Source: Escherichia coli
GTDB taxonomy: Bacteria > Pseudomonadota > Gammaproteobacteria > Enterobacterales > Enterobacteriaceae
Reading direction: 5' to 3' (one strand)
DNA length: 64,000 bases
Assembly (NCBI RefSeq): GCF_003018255.1
Contig: NZ_CP027440.1
Every line of letters starts with the position of its first letter. The first letter of the stretch is position 1. The position numbers and the translations under genes are program-made. Shown in pieces: positions 37,010 through 46,716 of this stretch. The notes under the pieces are model-generated. The model had not been told where the DNA came from, ran no database searches, and worked only from the letters and a program-made list of their open reading frames with translations.

Positions 37010-39643
37010 ATGAAAGCGGTATCTCGCGTTCACATCACCCCGCATATGCACTGGGATCGGGAGTGGTATTTCACCACCGAAGAGTCACGCATTCTGCTGG
37101 TCAATAATATGGAAGAGATCCTGTGCCGACTGGAACAGGACAACGAATACAAATATTACGTACTCGACGGGCAAACGGCGATCCTCGAAGATTATTTCGC
37201 GGTGAAACCGGAAAACAAAGACCGTGTGAAGAAACAGGTAGAAGCAGGCAAGTTGATTATCGGCCCCTGGTATACCCAGACCGATACCACGATTGTTTCT
37301 GCGGAATCCATCGTCCGTAATCTGATGTACGGAATGCGTGACTGCCTCACGTTTGGCGAGCCGATGAAAATAGGTTATTTACCAGATTCCTTTGGCATGT
37401 CCGGGCAACTGCCGCATATTTACAATGGATTTGGCATTACCCGCACCATGTTCTGGCGCGGATGTTCTGAGCGCCACGGTACTGATAAAACCGAGTTTTT
37501 GTGGCAAAGCAGTGACGGTAGCGAAGTGACGGCGCAGGTGCTGCCGCTGGGCTACGCCATCGGTAAGTACTTACCTGCCGACGAAGACGGATTACGCAAA
37601 CGCCTCGACAGTTATTTTGATGTGCTGGAAAAAGCGTCAGTAACCAAAGAGATTTTGCTGCCGAATGGTCATGACCAGATGCCATTGCAGCAAAATATCT
37701 TCGAAGTGATGGATAAGCTACGTGAGATCTACCCTCAACGTAAGTTTGTGATGAGCCGCTTTGAAGAGGTATTTGAGAAGATCGAAGCGCAGCGAGATAA
37801 TCTGGCAACCCTGAAAGGGGAATTTATTGATGGCAAATATATGCGCGTGCATCGCACCATCGGTTCTACGCGTATGGATATCAAAATTGCCCACGCGCGT
37901 ATTGAAAATAAGATTGTTAATCTGCTGGAACCGCTGGCAACGCTGGCCTGGACGTTGGGTTTTGAATACCACCACGGCTTGCTGGAGAAATTGTGGAAAG
38001 AAATTTTAAAAAACCACGCCCATGACAGCATCGGCTGCTGCTGTAGTGACAAAGTTCATCGCGAGATTGTCGCCCGTTTCGAACTGGCAGAAGACATGGC
38101 GGATAATCTGCTGCGTTTCTATATGCGTAAAATTGCCGATAACATGCCACAGAGTGATGCCGACAAACTTGTGCTGTTTAACCTGATGCCCTGGCCGCGG
38201 GAAGAAGTGATCAACACCACTGTGCGGCTGCGCGCCAGCCAGTTTAATTTGCGGGACGATCGCGGTCAGCCTGTACCGTATTTTATTCGCCATGCCCGTG
38301 AGATCGATCCTGGCCTAATCGATCGGCAAATCGTTCATTACGGTAATTATGATCCCTTTATGGAGTTTGATATTCAGATCAACCAGATTGTCCCTTCTAT
38401 GGGCTATCGCACGCTTTATATCGAAGCGAATCAGCCTGGCAACGTGATTGCGGCAAAAAGTGACGCTGAAGGGATACTGGAAAATGCTTTCTGGCAAATT
38501 GCGCTCAATGAGGATGGAACGCTACAACTGGTAGATAAAGACAGCGGTGTGCGCTATGACCGGGTGTTGCAAATTGAAGAAAGCTCTGATGATGGTGATG
38601 AATATGACTATTCACCCGCAAAAGAAGAGTGGGTAATTACTTCGGCGAACGCGAAACCGCAATGCGAGATTACTCATGAGGCCTGGCAGAGTAGGGCTGT
38701 TATCCGCTATGACATGGCGGTGCCGCGTAATCTGCATGAACGCAGCGCAAGACAATCCACTGGCAGAGTAGGGGTGGAGTTGGCTGTCACTCTGAGTGAT
38801 AACAGCAGGCGCATTGATGTGGATATCAACCTTGATAACCAGGCTGACGATCATCGCCTTCGCGTCCTGGTCCCTACACCTTTTAACACCGACAGTGTTC
38901 TGGCCGATACCCAGTTTGGTTCGCTAACGCGCCCCGTGAACGACAGTGCAATGAACAACTGGCAGCAAGAAGGCTGGAAAGAAGCGCCGGTTCCGGTATG
39001 GAATATGCTCAACTATGCTGCCTTACAGGAAGGGCGTAACGGTCTGGCTGTCTTTAGCGAAGGGCTACGTGAATATGAAGTCATCGGTGAAGAGAAGAAA
39101 ACCTTTGCCATTACGTTGCTGCGTGGCGTGGGCTTACTGGGGAAAGAAGATCTGCTTTTAAGGCCTGGACGTCCTTCAGGAATAAAAATGCCGGTGCCCG
39201 ATTCACAATTACGTGGCTCCTTTAGCTGCCGTCTGAGCTTATTTAGTTATACAGGTACGCCTTCGACCGCCGGTGTAGCCCAGCAGGCGCGCGCATGGCT
39301 GACGCCAGTACAGTGTTACAACAAAATCCCGTGGGATGCGATGAAGTTAAATAAAGCCGGATTCAATGTGCCGGAAAGCTATAGCTTGCTGAAAATGCCC
39401 CCTGTGGGATGCCTGATTAGCGCTCTTAAAAAAGCGGAAGACCGGCAAGAAGTGGTATTGCGACTGTTTAATCCGGCAGAATCGACAACCTGTGAGGCAA
39501 CTGTCGCGTTCAGTCGTGAGGTGATTTCATGTACGCAAACGATGATGGATGAAAGCATCAGCACAGCGGAAAGAGATAATTTAAAGGAACTGGGGGCATT
39601 TTTACCGGGGCAGTCACGGACATTTAGCTACCGCCTTGGCTGA
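37010..39643 (+). CDS. mngB: Alpha-mannosidase, glycoside hydrolase family 38 (877 aa)
   Basis: [38 protein letters not shown]... GH38 signature. Confidence 0.93.
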   Translation: MKAVSRVHITPHMHWDREWYFTTEESRILLVNNMEEILCRLEQDNEYKYYVLDGQTAILEDYFAVKPENKDRVKKQVEAGKLIIGPWYTQTDTTIVSAESIVRNLMYGMRDCLTFGEPMKIGYLPDSFGMSGQLPHIYNGFGITRTMFWRGCSERHGTDKTEFLWQSSDGSEVTAQVLPLGYAIGKYLPADEDGLRKRLDSYFDVLEKASVTKEILLPNGHDQMPLQQNIFEVMDKLREIYPQRKFVMSRFEEVFEKIEAQRDNLATLKGEFIDGKYMRVHRTIGSTRMDIKIAHARIENKIVNLLEPLATLAWTLGFEYHHGLLEKLWKEILKNHAHDSIGCCCSDKVHREIVARFELAEDMADNLLRFYMRKIADNMPQSDADKLVLFNLMPWPREEVINTTVRLRASQFNLRDDRGQPVPYFIRHAREIDPGLIDRQIVHYGNYDPFMEFDIQINQIVPSMGYRTLYIEANQPGNVIAAKSDAEGILENAFWQIALNEDGTLQLVDKDSGVRYDRVLQIEESSDDGDEYDYSPAKEEWVITSANAKPQCEITHEAWQSRAVIRYDMAVPRNLHERSARQSTGRVGVELAVTLSDNSRRIDVDINLDNQADDHRLRVLVPTPFNTDSVLADTQFGSLTRPVNDSAMNNWQQEGWKEAPVPVWNMLNYAALQEGRNGLAVFSEGLREYEVIGEEKKTFAITLLRGVGLLGKEDLLLRPGRPSGIKMPVPDSQLRGSFSCRLSLFSYTGTPSTAGVAQQARAWLTPVQCYNKIPWDAMKLNKAGFNVPESYSLLKMPPVGCLISALKKAEDRQEVVLRLFNPAESTTCEATVAFSREVISCTQTMMDESISTAERDNLKELGAFLPGQSRTFSYRLG

Positions 39644-39681
39644 TTATTGCGCTAAAAGTGTATCTGAGGGGGGCAATAATT

Positions 39682-39712
39682 TCAGGCCATCTTCGGATGG
39701 CCTGAGATTGTT
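39682..39712 (+). terminator. Probable terminator after mngB
   Basis: Hairpin TCAGGCCATC-TTCG-GATGGCCTGA followed by a T-rich stretch. Confidence 0.55.
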
Positions 39713-39787
39713 GATAAACAAGTTTGTTAGCTTACGCAGATACCAGATTTGACCTGCGTGAGAACCGCAGGCCATTTATCATTTCAG

Positions 39788-41185
39788 TTACCCCTTAAAC
39801 GTTAACCACGGTCGAAATCTGACCGCTGGCTGAATTAATCCGGCTTCTTGTTGGGCTTCGATAACCGGACCAATATCTTTATAAGCCGCTGGCGCTTCTT
39901 CAAAACGTCGTTCTTCGCGCAATGTGACGCATTGCCACGGCAGCGTTGACTCTTCAGTCGCGCGTGAGCGCATGGCCTGCCGACGCTGGCTGCGTCCTGC
40001 TCCGTGACTGCATGACCACAGCCACTCCGGGTTGCCGCAACCTACCGCAAGCCACGAATAATCGCCCATTGAACCGGGGATTAACGCCAGATTGCCCACT
40101 CGTGCCGGTGTTGCGCCTTTGCGATGAATATTCATTTCATGCTCGCGAAGGATGATGTTATGTGGCACATCCACCACCAGATGCGAATTGTCCTGATGAA
40201 AGAGATTGGCAAGACATACGCGCACCATTTCGGCAATTGTGACGCGATTTAACCATGCGTAACGCGCCGCCATTCCTATCGCTTGTAGATATTCCTCCGC
40301 CAGTCCGCCTGCCAGACCATATAACCCGCTTTGTGGATGTTTATGTCCGGTGGGCCATTCAGCACGGGCGCGATCCATCCAGCGTCTTCCGACGTAAAAG
40401 CCAACATCTCGCGATCCACTGTGGATCATCACCACAATATCGCCTGTTTTCAGCCCTTGTTGCCAGGCTACATGGCGATCAACCACGCTATCAACGACCT
40501 GAAGTTCAATAAAATGATTACCTGAACCCGGCGTACCCAGACAAGGATCGCGGAGTAATGCGCGGTCCGTTGCCTGCAGGGCGGGTGGGGCATAACGCGA
40601 ATGACTGTTATGCTCGTTAAGCCCAATGCAGCGGTCAATCTCTTGTACCATTCGGGGGATATTCGTGCGTATCCAGAGACCTTCTGATGGCAAGGTCGAC
40701 ACGCAATCTGCCGGTCCGCCATCAAAAAGCGCGGTGAACGCCTGTGCGGATAACGGAACATCGCGCTCATTTTGCAGTAGCACTTGCGTTAACCGCTGAG
40801 CGATGACGTCTTTATGCGCTTCGGCTTGCTCAAGTGTTAATCCGGTCGTCAGCAGCCGCATGCCACAAGAAATATCGGTGCCGATGGCGGCGGGAATGAC
40901 TAAATCCGGCGTTGAGGCCACCACCGCGCCAACGGGGACGCCATTGCCGGGATGAAAATCTGGCGTCGCGCACGTCTGGCGCACATAACCTGGGTGGTCT
41001 GGTAGCTTCACTTCTGCAAAATCAAGCAGTTGTGTTACTGCTTTTTCTTCCAGCGGCAGTTCGTCCGGCAGCAGTACGCGGGCACTGGCACCTGATGGAC
41101 GAGATAATGAAACAATATTGTTGGCGCGGGAAAGTTGGATCCCTTTGCGCAGAAAGGCTTTATCAAGCCTTGAAAGATGATGCAT
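39788..41185 (-). CDS. RtcB-family RNA 3-prime-phosphate ligase paralog (465 aa), orphan
   Basis: Conserved RtcB motifs: TPDFHPGNG, IPAAIGTDISCGMRLL, GTPGSGNHFIELQ, MIHSGSRDVG, IPGSMG, CSHGAGR, AYKDIGPVIEAQ; N-terminus about 30 aa longer than canonical RtcB; start codon uncertain. Confidence 0.85.
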   Translation of the reverse strand: MHHLSRLDKAFLRKGIQLSRANNIVSLSRPSGASARVLLPDELPLEEKAVTQLLDFAEVKLPDHPGYVRQTCATPDFHPGNGVPVGAVVASTPDLVIPAAIGTDISCGMRLLTTGLTLEQAEAHKDVIAQRLTQVLLQNERDVPLSAQAFTALFDGGPADCVSTLPSEGLWIRTNIPRMVQEIDRCIGLNEHNSHSRYAPPALQATDRALLRDPCLGTPGSGNHFIELQVVDSVVDRHVAWQQGLKTGDIVVMIHSGSRDVGFYVGRRWMDRARAEWPTGHKHPQSGLYGLAGGLAEEYLQAIGMAARYAWLNRVTIAEMVRVCLANLFHQDNSHLVVDVPHNIILREHEMNIHRKGATPARVGNLALIPGSMGDYSWLAVGCGNPEWLWSCSHGAGRSQRRQAMRSRATEESTLPWQCVTLREERRFEEAPAAYKDIGPVIEAQQEAGLIQPAVRFRPWLTFKG

Positions 41186-41490
41186 AACGCTGTCCTGAAA
41201 TATAGACGTTAAACAACCCCCTGTATGGCGAGGGTAATTTTGTCTTTCCGGTCAGCAGCCAGCAAAAGGGAAAGAAAACGCGCGTAGTGTATGTGGCGAT
41301 AGCAAGTGTTACAAGTGGTAAATCTGGCTTATTGTTAAAGAGGAATTATCTTTTGTGAAGTCTTTTAAGGCCATGACTCATTCAATTTAACCGGACATAG
41401 ATAATATATAACATAGGGTATCTAAATTTATCATTGTATACTTGTCATAATTCAAGTTGCATGTGCTGCATCGATGTTCGCTCACCCAGG

Positions 41491-42060
41491 TCACTTACTT
41501 ATGTAAGCTTCTGGAAATTCATTATTTGTTCCCTTCCTGCAACTTGACTTATTTAGAGTATATTCATGTATACACATCGAGATTTCAGCCAGCAGACGCG
41601 CATCTGGCGTGCCGTGGCGGATCTGTAGCGGTTTTTGCAGAGTTTCGGTGAGGCGACGGCAAGCTGCAACGCCGTGGTTAACGACCGGTAAACCGTTCAG
41701 TTTAGAGGTTCCGGCTTCGATGGATTTTTTAATCCCTACAGCCGCTTCTTCGTACCGATTCAGACGGGTATATGCATCGATGGTGCTCGGCAGCAGATCG
41801 CACTCTTCTTGTAGTGTTTTCAGTAGTTCGATGTGTTCGTCCATCAGCGCCACACCTGCGCGCGGTTGGCTAAGGGTTTTACCTTCCTTGTCTGCTTTCA
41901 ACAGCGCAAGAGAGAAGCGTTTATGCTCAGGAATGGTTTGTTGGTATTTAACGCCATCTTCAAAGTTTTCAACATCCTTGCCGGTTTCCCAGGTTTTCAG
42001 TACCTGTTGCCGCTCGGTCATGAATTCGTCATGGGTTAATTTCTTATTTCGAAGTTCCAT
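41491..42060 (-). pseudogene. glmE: Glutamate mutase E (epsilon) subunit, truncated: 189 codons versus about 480 in intact homologs
   Basis: [33 protein letters not shown]...[20 protein letters not shown]...[15 protein letters not shown]...[13 protein letters not shown] resembles the GlmE N-terminus; similarity ends near codon 165, then 24 unrelated codons and stop. Confidence 0.75.
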
Positions 42061-42078
42061 TGATTGCAGCCTTAATTG

Positions 42079-43467
42079 TTATAGGGTTAAGCATTGAATA
42101 CTGGTGCGCGCGGCGGCCAGCGGATCGACTCTGGCGACGTTTGCCAGCAGTGGTAATAGCCCCCGGGAATCGCGGTAATATTCAAATTCGGTCGGTAAGA
42201 GAATGCGTTTACCGTCGTCGTTTAACTCGCGGTATTTCAACCAGTGATGCATATCGAACTGACTGGCACGCGAGAGCCATCCGCCGGATCCGACGACTTT
42301 ACGCACGGTTGTCAGGTCACGTCCCATCTGTAAATCGACATTGCCGACGCAGGTGCAGACCTCTTTTTTGGTGCCCGCATGTCTTTCGGTGGCATAACCC
42401 ACACACAGTCCGGCCAGGACGGTATCGAAATATTTTTCTTCTGCATTCGCGGGTAAGTAGTCGGGATGAGCGACTAGATGACGGAGGTAATGATAAAAAG
42501 CGTCCAGCTGTGCGGGTTGCTGAGCAAAATTCACATTGACTAACTCTTTCGCACTTTCACCAACCACCATTGCCGAGACGCGCATTCCCAGATCTCCTTC
42601 CACCGTCCGTTTTACGAAGGGTTCCGGTACGCCATGTAAAACAGTGTCGGGCGAGAGCGTGTTGGCACTGGCGGAATAGACATCGGTGGTTGCGCCACCC
42701 ATGTCGATCAGCATGAACTCTTTCCAGCTGTGATCGACATTACTGATTGCCTTAACCAGTTCAAAGACTGTCCACGGTGTCGGCATTGGTTCTTCGCCTG
42801 TTTTATCAACAACGACATCCAGCCCTTTCCCTTTAACGATGCGTTTAAGGAATATGTCGCAGATAGCCTGGCGTGCAGCTAAAGGGTTCGGATGGTCAAG
42901 ATCGGGCAGAACGTTGTCGACGATGGTCAGGTCTTTATGCCCGAGGATCTCCTGCACCTCGTCCTGAATATCCCGGTTTCCGGCATAAATAATGGCGCAG
43001 TCGAGTTTGGATTCTGCCAACACACGGGCGTTATTCAGTCCGTAGCTTTCTTCTCCGCCATCGGTGCCGCCGGTGAACAAGAGAATATCGGGCTGCGTTT
43101 CTTCCAGTGCCTGGATATCACGGCGGTTCAGCTTGTAGGCGTAAGATTGCGCAATTTTAGCACCCGCAGAGTGAGCGGTTACTTTCGCGGTTTCCAGGGT
43201 GATAGAAGGCACCAATCCCATTGCGGCAACCGCCAGCCCACCTTTGGCAGAGGAGGAATACTTCAATGCAACCTCACCACTGTTTAACAGGGGGAGGGCA
43301 TCATCTACGTTTAACACCTGGTCCAGGCTGGAGAAAAACCCCTTCGCCAGATGATGGGTGGTGGTTGGGGTCAGTACGTGGTTAACCAACGTTAACGCGT
43401 CCCCCTCCCGGGCGAAGAGGGCTGCTTTGGTCCACGTCGATCCAATATCGACAGAGACGATTTGCAT
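42079..43467 (-). CDS. glmL: Glutamate mutase accessory protein GlmL/MutL-like (462 aa)
   Basis: [18 protein letters not shown]... actin/Hsp70-like ATPase fold; translationally coupled to glmS (TGATG overlap); placed between glmS and glmE as in clostridial operons. Confidence 0.75.
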   Translation of the reverse strand: MQIVSVDIGSTWTKAALFAREGDALTLVNHVLTPTTTHHLAKGFFSSLDQVLNVDDALPLLNSGEVALKYSSSAKGGLAVAAMGLVPSITLETAKVTAHSAGAKIAQSYAYKLNRRDIQALEETQPDILLFTGGTDGGEESYGLNNARVLAESKLDCAIIYAGNRDIQDEVQEILGHKDLTIVDNVLPDLDHPNPLAARQAICDIFLKRIVKGKGLDVVVDKTGEEPMPTPWTVFELVKAISNVDHSWKEFMLIDMGGATTDVYSASANTLSPDTVLHGVPEPFVKRTVEGDLGMRVSAMVVGESAKELVNVNFAQQPAQLDAFYHYLRHLVAHPDYLPANAEEKYFDTVLAGLCVGYATERHAGTKKEVCTCVGNVDLQMGRDLTTVRKVVGSGGWLSRASQFDMHHWLKYRELNDDGKRILLPTEFEYYRDSRGLLPLLANVARVDPLAAARTSIQCLTL

Positions 43468-43916
43468 CAGATTGCCTCTTCAAGAATACGAGTATCAACG
43501 TCATGACGTTGGTTGATATCGTGGGCCATCAGCTGACAAACATCTTCTAAGTCATGACTTGGGGCAAAGACGCGATCAAATCCCATCTCTTTGAATTTGG
43601 TTTCCACGTCAGCGAAGTCATGTTTTCCGACCACCAGGTTACCGCCCACATAGAGCAGGATGTCCCCCAGTCCACGCTCGATGCAGCGTTCGCGCATGCC
43701 CAGACAGTCGATATCGCCATGCCCATAGATAGAGGAGACGACAATCGCGTCAGCACCAGTTTCAATGGCAGCATCAATATATTCGTCCTGGCTGACCATT
43801 ACGCCCAGATTAATAACTCTGAAGTCATGGTTGCTAAAAACGCGGTCCAGAACTTTATTGCCTACTGCATGGCAGTCCGCGCCAATAACGCCAATCACAA
43901 GTGTTGCTTTCTTCAT
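43467..43916 (-). CDS. glmS: Glutamate mutase S (sigma) subunit, B12-binding (149 aa)
   Basis: [24 protein letters not shown]... with the DxHxxG cobalamin-binding motif; AGGA RBS 7 nt upstream of this ATG (the listed ORF extends 21 codons further upstream). Confidence 0.8.
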   Translation of the reverse strand: MKKATLVIGVIGADCHAVGNKVLDRVFSNHDFRVINLGVMVSQDEYIDAAIETGADAIVVSSIYGHGDIDCLGMRERCIERGLGDILLYVGGNLVVGKHDFADVETKFKEMGFDRVFAPSHDLEDVCQLMAHDINQRHDVDTRILEEAI

Positions 43917-44463
43917 GGGTAATCCTTTGTAAGACAGAGAGTAAAATAAGTTACACACGTCGTATTTATGGCCGCTCATAACGGCACAGGTTTAATATCA
44001 CAGGAGTGTCTTTATCTGACCGTAATGTTGCAATTGATCTATTTTCAAAATGTCTTTCGGGAAATGATTGTTTAAAGTGTGTTTTCAAATTCTCATGTTA
44101 ATTCAGTGTGTTATGTCAACTAATGTCATGAATGTTAAATTTTTAAAATTAACTTGATTTGATGTATTGAGATAATTGTGATCAACTTCTAATTTGCATT
44201 TTAGTGATATGGGGTTAGCCATGAGTAAATGCATTTCATAAAAGTTAAGTCGAATTTCACTGCAATTCATCTCTGCTTAATGTAAAAATAATGTTGAAAA
44301 TAACAAATAATTAATGATTCATGCGAATTATGACCTTTGTTAGCTCTTTTGATTTTTCGTAAAAAAGAAAAGTACATGAAGGTGCTACCAGTACGAGAAA
44401 CGTTAATCAAAAGTTTTATTACGTCTGGCAATAACGCAGGCCATTTTTCGCGACAGGAGGGAT

Positions 44464-44886
44464 TTAATCAGTATAATCCTCATACAATAGGTCAGGATTT
44501 ACAGAACCGTTAACGGGGTTTTGGTGTTGAAATTTAGAAATGGTGGAGTCAATCAATGAAGACAGTATCGAAAAAATGACTGTGTCAGAATTAATTTCAA
44601 TTAATCCTTCTCGTTGTTGACCAAAAAAGATATTTATCTTGATTTCATTTGTACTACGGAAATCAATATGTAGTAATTTTTGATCGCTGAGATTTTCTGT
44701 TTCATAAATGTTTTTGGCGATAGTCGGATGTATTGATGCCAGACATCTGCTCAGATAAGCCAGATCCTTTAGGGAACACCCCGCTGAGTAGAGGATGTCA
44801 GAGAATTTTTGTGTGTCAACTGTTGGCTCTGAAGCGTATGTTGCATTGACTGGAAGGGTGTTGAAGGAGATTTGAGATGGGATCAT
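44464..44886 (-). CDS. Hypothetical protein (140 aa), small and acidic, low GC
   Basis: Intact ORF MIPSQISFNTLPVNATYASEPTVDTQKF...; no recognisable motif; sits in an AT-rich segment of the island. Confidence 0.5.
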   Translation of the reverse strand: MIPSQISFNTLPVNATYASEPTVDTQKFSDILYSAGCSLKDLAYLSRCLASIHPTIAKNIYETENLSDQKLLHIDFRSTNEIKINIFFGQQREGLIEINSDTVIFSILSSLIDSTISKFQHQNPVNGSVNPDLLYEDYTD

Positions 44887-44966
44887 TATTTAAATCTTTC
44901 CGTGAGTAATAAAAATTAATCCCCGGGCATTGTTTAGTAATATTTGCCACAGGGGATATATAAAAA

Positions 44967-45911
44967 TTAAAGTATTTGATTGGCATCGGTTAACTGATCA
45001 ATAACCAGTGCCAGATTGGTAAACATTTTGAAAAAGCGATACTGGCTCGGAATATCTCTTTCAAAGACGAAACATTCAATGTCATTGTTTGAAAAATAAA
45101 GGACTAGTGATGCTGATTCGTCAGGAAAAATATGGAAATATATCTGGTTACCAGAAGGAGGATAGTCCAGAAGAAGGGTATCTTTGCCCGTCACATACCT
45201 GTTGTGGTCGTGGATGCTGCGCTCACACTTCATCAGAGGTGTCATGATACTCATGTATTCATCTGATGTTAATATATTAAAATCACCATCCATTTTAAAG
45301 AAACGATAAAGTAACAGTACATCCTCTTGCGTAACCGGTTCGTTTGTTTTTAGAGGGAAATAAGTGGGAACCAGAAGATGAGGTTCTAATCTATTTTGTT
45401 GAGCGCTATAACTAAATTTGAACATAAATTCCGGATCGCTCATCAATTGAGCGACATAATTATGCCTGGCTTCAAAAATTTTAACTTTTATCAGGTTAAA
45501 TAAGTCTGTTTCGTCATCCTGTATTAAAAGACATTGGCCATAGCAGCCAGGCTTTTTTTCATTATAAGCAGAAACGGTTATTCTGTCAGGAGTGTCAACG
45601 TTATATCCAAAAGCCAGATAGTGACCTTCCTCATCGAGATTTGTTTCCAGGTTATTTAAATTCATCACATGAAGTGTTTGCAATGCTGATTCAATGAGCT
45701 GTTGACTCTCTGAGGTAAATGTTTCGCGCTGCGTTGTATAAAGTGTATCGATTCCAACGACTATCCGATGTGGGTCAAGGATGGCGGCAATCATCTTTAT
45801 TACCTGCACAGTCATGGGTGATGTCATTGATTCTTTATCTGTTTTTAGAGGATCATTAGATGGCCAACCTGAGAAGCGATTGACAGCAGAACTGATAATA
45901 TCAGGACTCAT
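44967..45911 (-). CDS. Hypothetical protein (314 aa), low GC
   Basis: Intact ORF MSPDIISSAVNRFSGWPSNDPLKTDKESM...; GAGG RBS 8 nt upstream of ATG; no signal peptide or TM helix evident; no family recognised. Confidence 0.6.
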   Translation of the reverse strand: MSPDIISSAVNRFSGWPSNDPLKTDKESMTSPMTVQVIKMIAAILDPHRIVVGIDTLYTTQRETFTSESQQLIESALQTLHVMNLNNLETNLDEEGHYLAFGYNVDTPDRITVSAYNEKKPGCYGQCLLIQDDETDLFNLIKVKIFEARHNYVAQLMSDPEFMFKFSYSAQQNRLEPHLLVPTYFPLKTNEPVTQEDVLLLYRFFKMDGDFNILTSDEYMSIMTPLMKCERSIHDHNRYVTGKDTLLLDYPPSGNQIYFHIFPDESASLVLYFSNNDIECFVFERDIPSQYRFFKMFTNLALVIDQLTDANQIL

Positions 45912-46365
45912 AGCAGCAACCTCATTGTAATCAAGCGAGGCGCTGAGCGTACTCGGCTATAGAAAAACTAACTTGCAAAAATCGCTCATTTTTCATTTAT
46001 CAGGCGAAAGTGGTCTCTGTTCACTCAGAAACAATCACTCCCGCTAAGTCATACCTGTTTCATCGATACATTTAAGTGATTATTACTAATGAAACAATAA
46101 CATAATGGGCTTACGGCCGGTGCTCATAAACGCAACAATCAATTAACTTTGATAAAAATATGTTATGTAAAATAGCAACAAATTGGCTAATCTAATCAAT
46201 TGGTATTATAAAAAGTGGATAAGGCGGTTCTGTTAAATAAAACACTGGTTTTTTATCTATACCTTTTCATTGTAATAATTGTGTTGCATAAATATTTCAC
46301 AATAAATTAACAATAAAATCACCAATGATCTATGGTTTATACATAATTAACATATTTGGTTGATT

Positions 46366-46379
46366 TTGATATAAATCAA
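46366..46379. promoter_or_regulatory. FNR/CRP-type palindromic site in the cydA upstream region
   Basis: Perfect TTGAT-ATAA-ATCAA (TTGAT N4 ATCAA) about 340 bp upstream of cydA in an AT-rich leader. Confidence 0.55.
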
Positions 46380-46716
46380 TTTTTAATTCTTGAAAAAAAT
46401 CTGCAAAACACGATAAATTGTCGTAGATCAAATTGGTGAGATCGTGACAATTTCGCTATAAATTGATCACTGTCGAAAAATGCAAATTTGCTCAATAAAA
46501 ACCTGTTTATTGTAAGGATTTTGCGGCGTAATATAATTACGGGATCAATTTGGTTTATTCATTAACACATTTGTAACTTTTTTATCATTGTCTTTTCCTC
46601 TTTTGATGAAATGGCAACGATAGAGGCGAGCAAATAATTTTGTATTGGGGCATGCGTGTGACCCTTTCTAACGGGGTTCACTCTCGGAGTCTTCATGCGA
46701 TGAGCAAGGAGTCATG

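Noticed and set aside
43917-43979. N-terminal 21-codon extension of glmS
   Set aside because: The B12-binding subunit family starts at about MKK.TLV and an AGGA RBS precedes the internal ATG at 43916.
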